Source of the DNA: an uncultured Leptospiraceae bacterium
GTDB lineage: Bacteria > Spirochaetota > UBA4802 > UB4802
DNA: 63,605 nt
Assembly (NCBI GenBank): GCA_964629365.1
Contig: CAZVRB010000005.1
Location: 1 to 63,605 of the forward strand
Direction: 5' to 3'
The notes under the pieces were generated by a model. The model made no database searches. It was not told the origin of the DNA and saw nothing but the letters and a program-made list of their open reading frames with translations. A program made the translations under genes and the position numbers. Positions 8,463 to 17,272 of the stretch are shown here, in pieces. Position 1 is the first letter of the stretch; each line of letters starts with the position of its first letter.

Positions 8463-9818
8463 ATGGCTAAGATACTTGTGGTTGACGATGAAACTCATAT
8501 ACTCTCTACGCTTGGTGCTATCTTGCAGGATGAGGGGCATATTGTGTATACGGCTGAAACGGGAAACCAGGCGCTGCAGTTTATACGGAACAATGAATGC
8601 GAGGTTGTTTTTCTTGACGTATGGCTGCCGGATATTGATGGCCTGGAGATCCTTGCTAATATCCGGCAGACAAAACCGGATACATCAGTTATTATGATTT
8701 CAGGACATGGATCAATTGATATCGCGGTACGCTCAACAAAAATGGGGGCGTATGATTTCCTGGAAAAACCTCCGTCAATGGAAAGGGTGCTCACATCGCT
8801 GAACAATGCCCTGGAGAAGGTTCGGCTGAAACGAGAAAACATTCAATTAAGGCAGAATATAATGATGGAAGATGACATGATAGGCGAGTCGTCTCCCATC
8901 CGGGAAGTGAAGACTGTTATTGAAACAGCTGCATCAACTAATGCCAGGGTATTTATTACAGGCGATAACGGAACAGGAAAAGAACTGGTGGCAAAGGCCA
9001 TTTACAGAAAATCACAGCGTAATGATAAACCATTCATAAAGGTTAATTGCGCGGCAATACCTGACGAGTTGATCGAAAGTGAATTGTTCGGACACGAGAA
9101 GGGTTCTTTTACGGGAGCAGTTTCCAGGAGACTTGGAAAATTCGAGCTTGCCAACCAGGGAACACTTTTTCTTGACGAGGTTTGTGACATGAGCCCAAGC
9201 GCGCAGGCAAAAGTGCTCAGGGTATTGCAGGAACAGGAGTTCGAACGTGTTGGGGGTAATGATGTTATCAGCGTGGATGTACGTGTTATATCGGCTACCA
9301 ATATTGATATAAAAGAAGCGATTGAATCGGGACAGTTCCGCGAGGACCTGTATTACCGGCTGAATGTAATTCCCATTCATGTACCTGCCCTGTCAGATCG
9401 GGTAAAGGATATACCGCTTCTGGTAGATTATTTTCTCAAGAAAAGCACCAATGAACATGGACTTGGAGATAAGGAAATATCCGAAGATGGTATGGATTTT
9501 CTTATGGAATATTCCTGGCCGGGTAATGTTCGGGAGTTGAAGAACGTAATAGAACGGCTCTCAATAATGGTGCAGGGTGAAGTAATTACACTGGATGACA
9601 TCAAAAAGCATATCAGTTCTTACGATTACGAAGATACAATTTCCAGGGATTATTCTAATCTAAAAAAAGCAAGGGAAGAATTTGAAAAGGACTATATTAT
9701 AAATGCCCTGAAGAAGAATAATAAGAATATATCCGAAACCGCCCGGGCCCTGGGCATAGAAAGAACCAATCTTCACAGGAAGATAAACCAGTATCATGTG
9801 GATGTTGACAGGCTTTGA
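8463..9818 (+). CDS. Sigma-54-dependent response regulator (REC-AAA+-Fis HTH), NtrX/NtrC-like
   Basis: VVDDE and FLDVWLP receiver; GDNGTGKELVA Walker A; ESELFGHEKGSFTGA; LFLDEV Walker B; FREDLYYRLNV; WPGNVREL; C-terminal HTH. Confidence 0.95.
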   Translation: MAKILVVDDETHILSTLGAILQDEGHIVYTAETGNQALQFIRNNECEVVFLDVWLPDIDGLEILANIRQTKPDTSVIMISGHGSIDIAVRSTKMGAYDFLEKPPSMERVLTSLNNALEKVRLKRENIQLRQNIMMEDDMIGESSPIREVKTVIETAASTNARVFITGDNGTGKELVAKAIYRKSQRNDKPFIKVNCAAIPDELIESELFGHEKGSFTGAVSRRLGKFELANQGTLFLDEVCDMSPSAQAKVLRVLQEQEFERVGGNDVISVDVRVISATNIDIKEAIESGQFREDLYYRLNVIPIHVPALSDRVKDIPLLVDYFLKKSTNEHGLGDKEISEDGMDFLMEYSWPGNVRELKNVIERLSIMVQGEVITLDDIKKHISSYDYEDTISRDYSNLKKAREEFEKDYIINALKKNNKNISETARALGIERTNLHRKINQYHVDVDRL

Positions 9819-10501
9819 AAAACGAATTGTACAAAAACCTGGCATTGCATGTTGCCTCCCGAAAGAACAGGTTTCCCCTGTTGAAGGTACGTAACGACCT
9901 TCAAAGATCCATACTTAATGAATGGATATCGTTGAGGGTTTCCGGGGGAACAGGCGTTGACGAAGTAACCCCTCCTGTTGTGATGACCGCCGATCCAGTG
10001 AACCTTAACGAATTGAACGAAATGATAATGAATTGTTCCCGTTGTGCCGGAGCTGAAGATAAAAAATGCGGTGTGGGAAGCGGAGCCAACGGCATAATGA
10101 TAATACTCAATGCCCCTGCCATGGTATCTTCATTTGAGAAGAAGCAGTTCAAAGCGGAATCAGTTGACCTGTTAAAAAAAATGCTGACGGCTATCGATGT
10201 TGAGTTCTCAAAATGCTATATAACCAGTATAATAAAGTGTGAACCATCAGAAACAATGCATCGTCCCAGTTCCATGTTCAGGGAATGCCAGCATATTTTA
10301 AAAAAGGAGATTGAACTGATAAAGCCCCTGCTGGTCATGGTATTTGGTGAAATAGTACCCCTTCAAAAAATAATACATGAAAGTGAAGGCATATCCTGGT
10401 ATAACATTGAACATCCGATTACCCTTATAAAGAATCCTGACTTAAAAGGTAAGGCGTGGAAAACACTGAAACTTGTCAGTGCAGAAATGAACAGTGTATG
10501 A
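9815..10501 (+). CDS. Family-4 uracil-DNA glycosylase-like protein with a degenerate active site
   Basis: CSRC...KCEP...EC putative Fe-S cysteines, EIELIKP, HP motif; canonical GE(A/G)PG replaced by LNAPA. Confidence 0.7.
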   Translation: MKNELYKNLALHVASRKNRFPLLKVRNDLQRSILNEWISLRVSGGTGVDEVTPPVVMTADPVNLNELNEMIMNCSRCAGAEDKKCGVGSGANGIMIILNAPAMVSSFEKKQFKAESVDLLKKMLTAIDVEFSKCYITSIIKCEPSETMHRPSSMFRECQHILKKEIELIKPLLVMVFGEIVPLQKIIHESEGISWYNIEHPITLIKNPDLKGKAWKTLKLVSAEMNSV

Positions 10502-12489
10502 AAGAAAACCACGTTACTATTGACGAATCACTTTATGCTGATGTATACGTGGGTTACCCGGTTAAGGGAAGTTTTACCTATCAGGTGCCGGCAGATTTTC
10601 ACGTGCAGCCCGGTATGCGGGTAAAGGTGCATTTTAAAAACAGGATTACCAGGGGATTCGTTCATCATGTTCATGACCAGAAACCGGATTTTCCCGGTTT
10701 AAAGATGTTGCACAGCGTGATCGATTCTGAACCCATTTTCGACCACAGGCTGGTCCATCTGGCCCGTTATGTTGCCGATTCGTACGTGTGCGAAACAGGT
10801 GAGGCCATGTCAATGGCGTTGCCCTCCGGTGACAAACCGTCAAACCGTTTTACCCATCCTTTTGAGAAAGATGAAACTGCCTGTGTGTTGTTGACAGAAA
10901 GGCAGGAGGAAATATATACCAATGTGCTTGCCCAAAGGGAAGCTGGCAGTATGGTTCACCTGCTTTATGGCATCACCGGAAGCGGTAAAACAGAAGTGTA
11001 TGTCAGGCTTGCCCAGAAGGTTATGGAAGAAGGCCGTTCGGTAATATACCTGGTTCCGGAGATATCTCTTTCTTCACAGATATACCAGCGCCTGTATCAT
11101 GTGTTTGGGGATGACCTGATTGTATATCACAGCCAGCTGACGAAAAACCAGAGGCTTCACAGCTGGAAGCGTTTTTTTTCCGGGGACGCGAAAATAGCTA
11201 TCGGCACCCGTTCGGCCATATTTCTGCAGGGGCCTGATACCGGGCTGATAATCGTAGACGAAGAACATGACAGTTCATATAAAGAGCACAGCACCCCCAG
11301 GTATAATGCCAGGCGCCTGGCCTTTTACCGCTCAAAAACTGAAAATGCCATGCTGGTGCTGGGGTCGGCCACTCCTTCGGTTGAATCTCTTTTTGCCGCG
11401 GAGAGAGGACAAATGGTTTTGCACCGCCTGGAAGAACGGTTTGGTAACGCGAAATTACCCGGTCTTGAGATTGTGAAACTTAACTCGTCTCGCCCGGAGA
11501 AGATGATCTCTCCAATTTTAACCCTGTATACTAAAAAGGCAGTTGATCGAAACGAACAGGTGATACTTTTACTGAACCGCCGCGGCTTTTCACCGGTGGT
11601 AGTGTGCGATGAATGTGGTCATATCCTGCAATGCCCCTCTTGCAGTATCAGCCTCACCAGTCATGGCAGTGATTCATTATTATGTCATTATTGCGGATTT
11701 AAAAGAAAAATTCCGCCGAAATGTCCAGAATGTGAATCAGAAGAACTGGTACGGCTTGGTTCCGGAACACAACGACTGGAAGAAATAATACAGGGGGTGT
11801 TTAATGGATATTCAATATTTCGCCTGGACCATGACAGCGCCAGGAAAAAAGGTGCCGTGTATGACCTGATGGAAAAGATGAAAAACGGTGAGGTGAACAT
11901 TTTGCTTGGTACGCAGATGGTGGCCAAGGGGTTTGATTTTCACAATGTATCAGTTGTGGGTATAATCCTCGCTGATGTGGGGATGAGCCTTCCTGATTTC
12001 AGGGCACAGGAACGCATTTTTTCCCTGCTTATGCAGGTATCGGGTAGATGCGGCAGGGGCTCAATCCCCGGCAGGGTTGTTGTGCAAACCCTGAATGACG
12101 GGTACCCACTCTTTGATTTTCTAAGAAGAAATGATTACATGGGATTTTACCGATACGAACTTGAGGCAAGACGGGCACTTGGATATCCCCCATTTACACG
12201 GCTTGCAAGGCTTTTGATACGTGGAATACGGGAAGATCGCGTTATTAAGGTTGTGAATGAATGCGCAGATGTTTTGAACAGAACTATTTCCAGGGAAAAC
12301 CTGCCTGTACAGGTGGTCGGCCCGTCCCCGGCTCCCCTGACAAAGATCGCCAAAAACTACAGGCATCATATAATATTAAAAAGCACCTCGAGCATAAACC
12401 TTACCCGGGCTGCTGAAATGGTGAAGAAAAGCATGGGATCAAGTGATGTCTACCTGGAAATTGATATAGATCCTTATGACCTGTTGTGA
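10498..12489 (+). CDS. priA: Primosomal protein N' helicase
   Basis: GITGSGKTEVY, DEEH, four CxxC zinc motifs, GTQMVAKGFDF, QVSGRCGR. ATG 10498 overlaps the upstream stop (ATGA). Confidence 0.96.
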   Translation: MKENHVTIDESLYADVYVGYPVKGSFTYQVPADFHVQPGMRVKVHFKNRITRGFVHHVHDQKPDFPGLKMLHSVIDSEPIFDHRLVHLARYVADSYVCETGEAMSMALPSGDKPSNRFTHPFEKDETACVLLTERQEEIYTNVLAQREAGSMVHLLYGITGSGKTEVYVRLAQKVMEEGRSVIYLVPEISLSSQIYQRLYHVFGDDLIVYHSQLTKNQRLHSWKRFFSGDAKIAIGTRSAIFLQGPDTGLIIVDEEHDSSYKEHSTPRYNARRLAFYRSKTENAMLVLGSATPSVESLFAAERGQMVLHRLEERFGNAKLPGLEIVKLNSSRPEKMISPILTLYTKKAVDRNEQVILLLNRRGFSPVVVCDECGHILQCPSCSISLTSHGSDSLLCHYCGFKRKIPPKCPECESEELVRLGSGTQRLEEIIQGVFNGYSIFRLDHDSARKKGAVYDLMEKMKNGEVNILLGTQMVAKGFDFHNVSVVGIILADVGMSLPDFRAQERIFSLLMQVSGRCGRGSIPGRVVVQTLNDGYPLFDFLRRNDYMGFYRYELEARRALGYPPFTRLARLLIRGIREDRVIKVVNECADVLNRTISRENLPVQVVGPSPAPLTKIAKNYRHHIILKSTSSINLTRAAEMVKKSMGSSDVYLEIDIDPYDLL

Positions 12490-12499
12490 GTTCTGAAAA

Positions 12500-13000
12500 T
12501 TACTTTTCTTCCAGGACAATCTTGTTGCCCTTGATGGTCAGATAATAGGTGTCGTCAGTTTCCTGCAGGCGCTCGAGCAGCTGAAATGACGGGGATCGTT
12601 TGAACTTTGCAGGCATACGTCCATCTCTTACCCTGCAGTACAGTCCTTCTGGTTGTTTGTAGTGCAGCGTTGCTTCATCAAGCTCTTCTTCTTCACCTGA
12701 AGAGAGGGTGATAAATATTTTCTCAAAAAAACTGAATCCTTCAATTCGAACGCCGGTGACAAAAATGGGGGTGTCTTCCACTTCTATTGGATATACAAAG
12801 TCATCGTAATGAATGACATACTGGCCCTCTGCGGTTACATCAATTGATCGGTTGAAAAAATCAATAATTCGCTGGTTGATAAATGGTTCGCCTTCATGAA
12901 ACCAGTTTCCTTCACTGTCAATACGGATCTGGTCAATCTTCTCTCCTGACTCCATCAACTGCTGTATGTATTCTGGTATTTCCGGGTAGTCTTCACTCAT
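12500..13000 (-). CDS. DUF1285-like protein
   Basis: IRIDSEGNWFHEGEPF...FFNR...PIEVEDTP pattern recalled for DUF1285. Confidence 0.65.
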   Translation of the reverse strand: MSEDYPEIPEYIQQLMESGEKIDQIRIDSEGNWFHEGEPFINQRIIDFFNRSIDVTAEGQYVIHYDDFVYPIEVEDTPIFVTGVRIEGFSFFEKIFITLSSGEEEELDEATLHYKQPEGLYCRVRDGRMPAKFKRSPSFQLLERLQETDDTYYLTIKGNKIVLEEK

Positions 13001-13014
13001 GTTCTGTCGTCCAT

Positions 13015-15102
13015 CTAATCCATGGAAAGTTCTTTTTCGTACGCTTCCATCGCCACCTTTCTGTTTATCCTGGTATCTTCCCTTGAAGGGTCAAGCTCCA
13101 GTGACTGGGTGAAGAATTGAAGGGATTTCTTGTAATTCTCTTTCTTGTAATGACATTTACCCAGGTTGTGATAAGATTCTGCCATAAGGGTCTCGTCGTT
13201 TGTAGCCTGTAATGCCTGGTGGAAAAGTTCTATGGCGTCATCGTACATATTCTTTTTCATCAGGATGGTGCCCATCGATAAAAGTGCCTGGGGGTCACCG
13301 GGCTTTATAAGCAGCGCTTTTTGTATAGACTGCCGTGCCTGGTCAAGTGATTCGTCGGTTTCCCTGTTGGCAAGGATGACTCCCCTGTTTATATAGGCTT
13401 TTCGGGCAAGGTCATTATCCCCCTGTATCTCAATTACCCTGTTAAAGGCATCAATGGCATAATCCGGCTGGTTTTTCCTGTAGTAGATGGTTCCAAGCTT
13501 AAACTGTGCTTCCTGGATATTGGGCCATCTCCGTAAAATGCGCACATACTCATCCATGGCCTGGTTGTAATGGCCGCCTTCGTAATACATATTGGCAATG
13601 GCAAGCAGGGGGTTTGCGTTGTCCGGGTTAAGGTTTGCCGCCCTGTTCCAGGTTTCAACGGCTTTCTCAGGGATACCCGCATGATCATAGGCGATACCCA
13701 GGTTGTACAGTGCCGTGTCATCTTTTGGGTTGATAGAAAGTGCCTTCTGGTATGAGTCGATGGCATCCCTGAACTGCTGCTGGTCATCTAAAATGTTTCC
13801 CATGTTGAGATAGGCGATCCGGGCGTTCTCTGATGCCGGTTCAAGTGTGGTTATTTTCTTGTAGTAGTCATAAGCCCTGTCAAGCTCACCTTTGCGGTAG
13901 TACAGCTCGGCAATACGGGAGAGTATTCGTACATTGTTTTCCTGCAATGGTTTGAGCCGTTCATATACTTCCAGGCTTTTATCATACTGTTGAAGAGAAG
14001 CGTAGGCTTCCCCCAGGTTTTCCAGCAGATTTTCGTCTTTTACCCCAAGGGCTTCGGCCTTGTGAAAAGACTCAAGTGCCTTTTGAGGATTATCCTGTTT
14101 CAGGTATGTAATTCCAAGATTATAATGATACAGGGGTTCCCCCGGGTCAATCTTTGCTGCCATGGACAGGTACTTTTCGGCAAGCTGGAAGTCTCTTCGT
14201 TTCGTAAAAATGGTTCCAAGCCTTCCGTACGCCATGGATGCGATATTCCCTGACTGGTCAAGGGATCCTGCTTTCTTGAGATAATCTATTGCCGACACCT
14301 CGTCGCCTGACTTCTGTAATGCAAGTGCCATATTATAATGTGCAGAAGCACTGCTATTATCAGTATCTATGGCCCGCCGGTAGGCCTGTACCGCTTTTTC
14401 GTAGCTGCCCATCTCGTAGAGAATGTTCCCTTTTAACAGCAGGTAGTCGAAAGTATCAGGATACTGATCAAGTGCCTCATCTATGGCTCCCATGGCCTTT
14501 GAATAATCTCCCTGGTGCCTGTAGGCAATGGCAAGATTTTTCAAGGCTGAGCCGCTTTCAGGGTCGTATTTTAAGGCGCGGGTATAACTTTCTATGGCTT
14601 TTGTTGTGTTTCCCTGCTCATCATAAATCATACCTGTGTAGGTGAGGGCAATGGCTTTTTCTTTATCAGGGGCGTCCGATTGAATCACGCCACTGAATTC
14701 TGCTATGGCGTCCCTGTAGAATTTCTTTTCATAACTCTGTATACCCTGTCGCAACCGGGGGTTGGAAAATTCTTTACGGGGTGCTTCCCTGGAATCACCT
14801 TTTGAGAGGAATAGATCGTCTTTTGAAACGCTTGATGAAGAAAGAAATGATGGTGGTTCCTTGTATACAAGGGTTACCACTACTAACGCTGCCACGGCTA
14901 CTGCCGCTACTATGGCGGGGATTATCGCGGGATGAAGCTTTTTCTTTCCCGCCCTGGATATGTTAAACCTGTTGGTTTTAACGCCTTCAGGGGTCTCTTG
15001 CTGGTCTTCCTCTGACAGGGAAAACCTATTCCTCTTTATTGCTGTCACCTCCCGCTCTCTCCTCCTTCCCAGGTTGTAACTCTTTTTTCTTGATGGCATC
15101 AA
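13015..15102 (-). CDS. Membrane-anchored tetratricopeptide-repeat protein
   Basis: One N-terminal TM helix (PAIIPAIVAAVAVAALVVVTLVY) followed by many 34-aa TPR units (A.Y.LG...A...Y.KAL..P). The true start may be GTG 15048. Confidence 0.9.
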   Translation of the reverse strand: MMPSRKKSYNLGRRREREVTAIKRNRFSLSEEDQQETPEGVKTNRFNISRAGKKKLHPAIIPAIVAAVAVAALVVVTLVYKEPPSFLSSSSVSKDDLFLSKGDSREAPRKEFSNPRLRQGIQSYEKKFYRDAIAEFSGVIQSDAPDKEKAIALTYTGMIYDEQGNTTKAIESYTRALKYDPESGSALKNLAIAYRHQGDYSKAMGAIDEALDQYPDTFDYLLLKGNILYEMGSYEKAVQAYRRAIDTDNSSASAHYNMALALQKSGDEVSAIDYLKKAGSLDQSGNIASMAYGRLGTIFTKRRDFQLAEKYLSMAAKIDPGEPLYHYNLGITYLKQDNPQKALESFHKAEALGVKDENLLENLGEAYASLQQYDKSLEVYERLKPLQENNVRILSRIAELYYRKGELDRAYDYYKKITTLEPASENARIAYLNMGNILDDQQQFRDAIDSYQKALSINPKDDTALYNLGIAYDHAGIPEKAVETWNRAANLNPDNANPLLAIANMYYEGGHYNQAMDEYVRILRRWPNIQEAQFKLGTIYYRKNQPDYAIDAFNRVIEIQGDNDLARKAYINRGVILANRETDESLDQARQSIQKALLIKPGDPQALLSMGTILMKKNMYDDAIELFHQALQATNDETLMAESYHNLGKCHYKKENYKKSLQFFTQSLELDPSREDTRINRKVAMEAYEKELSMD

Positions 15103-15478
15103 GAATGCCGTTTATGAACTGGCTGGAGTTTTCACCGCCGTACATCTTTGCCAGTTCGATACCTTCATCAATGGTTACCGCGAATGGTATTGATTGAATA
15201 TTGCAAAGGGCATAAATGGATATTCTGAGAATAGACTTGTCAACAGGGCTGATTCTCTCGAATTTCCAGTTCCTGGAATGCCTGTTAATAAGTTCGTCAA
15301 TTTCAGGGAGATTCTCAATAGTACCTTTGATAAGAGTGGTGGAAAAATCCCTTATATCTTCGGATATATCACGATCTACCCATTCAAGGAGGAGCAGATC
15401 GTCCATATCCGCCTGTACGGATTCGTACATGTAAAGAGCCTGCAGGGCGTATTCGCGCGCCTTTCTTCGATGTCCCAT
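15026..15478 (-). CDS. nusB: Transcription antitermination factor NusB
   Basis: RRKAREYALQALY, DKSILRISIY, IDEGIELAKMYG, FINGILD; follows ribH. Confidence 0.95.
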   Translation of the reverse strand: MGHRRKAREYALQALYMYESVQADMDDLLLLEWVDRDISEDIRDFSTTLIKGTIENLPEIDELINRHSRNWKFERISPVDKSILRISIYALCNIQSIPFAVTIDEGIELAKMYGGENSSQFINGILDAIKKKELQPGKEERAGGDSNKEE

Positions 15479-15487
15479 GTATGGTAA

Positions 15488-15955
15488 CTATTTGCTGATC
15501 TGACTATAGAGTTGTGCCATCTCGATGGCCGACATGGCGGCATCAAATCCCTTGTTGCCCGACTTGGTGCCAGCCCTTTCTATTGCCTGTTCTATGGTGT
15601 CGGTGGTAATCACGCCGTAAATAACCGGAACAGGTGAGTTGATCCCAACCTGTGCCACCCCCTTGGATACTTCTGCGGCAACATAGTCAAAATGCGGGGT
15701 TGAGCCGCGGATAACAGCTCCCAGGCATATGATGGCATCATATTTTCCCGATTCTACAAGTTTACGGGTTATGGCGGGAATCTCGAATGCGCCGGGTACC
15801 CACGCCACGGTGATGTCATCTTCTACCGCGTTATTTCTTCTCAGGCAGTCAACAGCACCACCCAGGAGTTTCTGTGTGATAAATTCATTAAACCGGGATA
15901 TAACAATGGCTATTTTCAGCCCGGAGGCATCAAGTTTGCCTTCAATAACCTTCAT
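15488..15955 (-). CDS. ribH: 6,7-dimethyl-8-ribityllumazine synthase
   Basis: [47 protein letters not shown] 15955 has a GAGG Shine-Dalgarno. Confidence 0.97.
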   Translation of the reverse strand: MKVIEGKLDASGLKIAIVISRFNEFITQKLLGGAVDCLRRNNAVEDDITVAWVPGAFEIPAITRKLVESGKYDAIICLGAVIRGSTPHFDYVAAEVSKGVAQVGINSPVPVIYGVITTDTIEQAIERAGTKSGNKGFDAAMSAIEMAQLYSQISK

Positions 15956-16049
15956 GTGTTTCCTCATTTCTGGAACTTTTTACGTATACTGGTATATATA
16001 GTCGTTTCCGCAACAGCCGCAAGTCAAGCGTTTTTTTACGTGTAAGGAT

Positions 16050-16268
16050 TCACCACGGAGGCATAGAGAGACAGAGGTACCTTAAAAGATTACCGCAAAG
16101 ACACGAAGTACGCGAAGGGCGCAAAGAAGAACTGCTTTTATTCATGAAGAACAAGGGGCTTAAGCCCCTTGTTCTATATAATTCCGTCTTTGCGATTCTC
16201 TGCGCCCTTTGCGGTAAAAACATACTAATCATTTCCCTGGCTCTCTGTACCTCTGTGTCTCTGTGGTC
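16050..16268. repeat. Triple-nested palindromic intergenic element (element A)
   Basis: Outer arms CACCACGGAG..ACAGAG / CTCTGTG..CTCTGTGGT; middle arms ACCGCAAAG..GCGCAAAG / CTTTGCG..CTTTGCGGT; core is a perfect 28-bp palindrome AGAACAAGGGGCTTAAGCCCCTTGTTCT (16148-16175). Confidence 0.9.
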
Positions 16269-16269
16269 C

Positions 16270-17034
16270 CTACTTTGACATGGCAGACTGCACGAATTCC
16301 AGTGTCTTTCTTACGTCATCCTCAAAGAAGCATTTCAGTCCTTCTTTCCATGAGCCTTCGTCCAGTTCTTTTCGCATCCGTTCGGCGAAAGGTCGTCGAA
16401 CACAGAGCTTTAACGGTGTAAAGGCGTTGCCCGGGTTGTTCTTGAAGAGATTGATCATGTTCTTTGCCTGCTCTATCAGCTTGTCTTCTTCAACGATCTC
16501 GTCGATCATTTCCATTTCTTTTGCCTGTTCAACACCCGCCATCAGGCCGAAAAACATTACGTCCCTGAACTTCTTGTCGCTGTCCAGCCCGAAACGGACA
16601 ACGTTATACTGGGCAATAGAGAGGGGCAAACCGATCTTGATCTCGCTCATCCCAACCTTGATCTTGGGGTGATTCTTGATGATCCTGTAATCGCAGGCCA
16701 TGGCAAGGATCATGCCGCCGGCAACGGTATGGCCGTTTAAGGCGGCAATAACCGGTTTTTCGCACATGAAAAGGTCCATCAGTATCTCTTCTTCGAAATC
16801 AAAAAAGGCGCACACTTCGGCATGGTCCTTGAAACTGAGAAACATGGGAAGGTCAAAACCGGATGAGAAGAATTTGCCTTCACCGGTAAGAATGATGCCC
16901 TTTACAGAGTCATCTGCTTCGGCTTCTTTCACGTACTTCCCCAGGTCCTTTACCACGGTGTCGGTAAGGGCATTGGTCTTGCCGTCATTCAGTGTAAGAA
17001 TACACACGTTGTCTTCAATTTTCCGTTCGATCAT
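16270..17034 (-). CDS. Enoyl-CoA hydratase/isomerase family protein
   Basis: LTLNDGKTNAL, FFSSGFDL, KPVIAALNGHTVAGGMILAMACDYRI, GMSEIKIGL. Confidence 0.92.
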   Translation of the reverse strand: MIERKIEDNVCILTLNDGKTNALTDTVVKDLGKYVKEAEADDSVKGIILTGEGKFFSSGFDLPMFLSFKDHAEVCAFFDFEEEILMDLFMCEKPVIAALNGHTVAGGMILAMACDYRIIKNHPKIKVGMSEIKIGLPLSIAQYNVVRFGLDSDKKFRDVMFFGLMAGVEQAKEMEMIDEIVEEDKLIEQAKNMINLFKNNPGNAFTPLKLCVRRPFAERMRKELDEGSWKEGLKCFFEDDVRKTLEFVQSAMSK

Positions 17035-17166
17035 AAAAAGGCCTCCATGGAGTGTATTAGTATGATAAATGCGATAATTATTTACATCGAGTATCTGTCC
17101 ATTGTGAAGCGCAGTAAAATTTACACAAGTAAAAAAAGTTATTGTTGTTTTTCAAAAAAGAATTAC

Positions 17167-17184
17167 CTCTGCGCCTCTGTGGTA
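17167..17184. repeat. Solo right arm of the CACAGAG/CTCTGTG repeat family
   Basis: CTCTGCGCCTCTGTGGTA matches the outer right arm of elements A-D. Confidence 0.6.
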
Positions 17185-17203
17185 AATCCTTTTAAGAAAA
17201 CAC

Positions 17204-17230
17204 TTGACAATATGAGTGACAGCTCATTCT
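17204..17230 (+). promoter_or_regulatory. TTGACA element with an overlapping palindromic operator upstream of the ceramidase
   Basis: TTGACA 17204-17209 followed by ATGAG-N6-CTCAT (17212-17227), in the divergent intergenic region. Confidence 0.5.
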
Positions 17231-17272
17231 GTATGGGGTATAGTGTGATGAAGATCAATGGAGTGATATATA

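Noticed and set aside
15956-16049. FMN riboswitch upstream of ribH
   Set aside because: The region is too short and has no FMN aptamer motifs.
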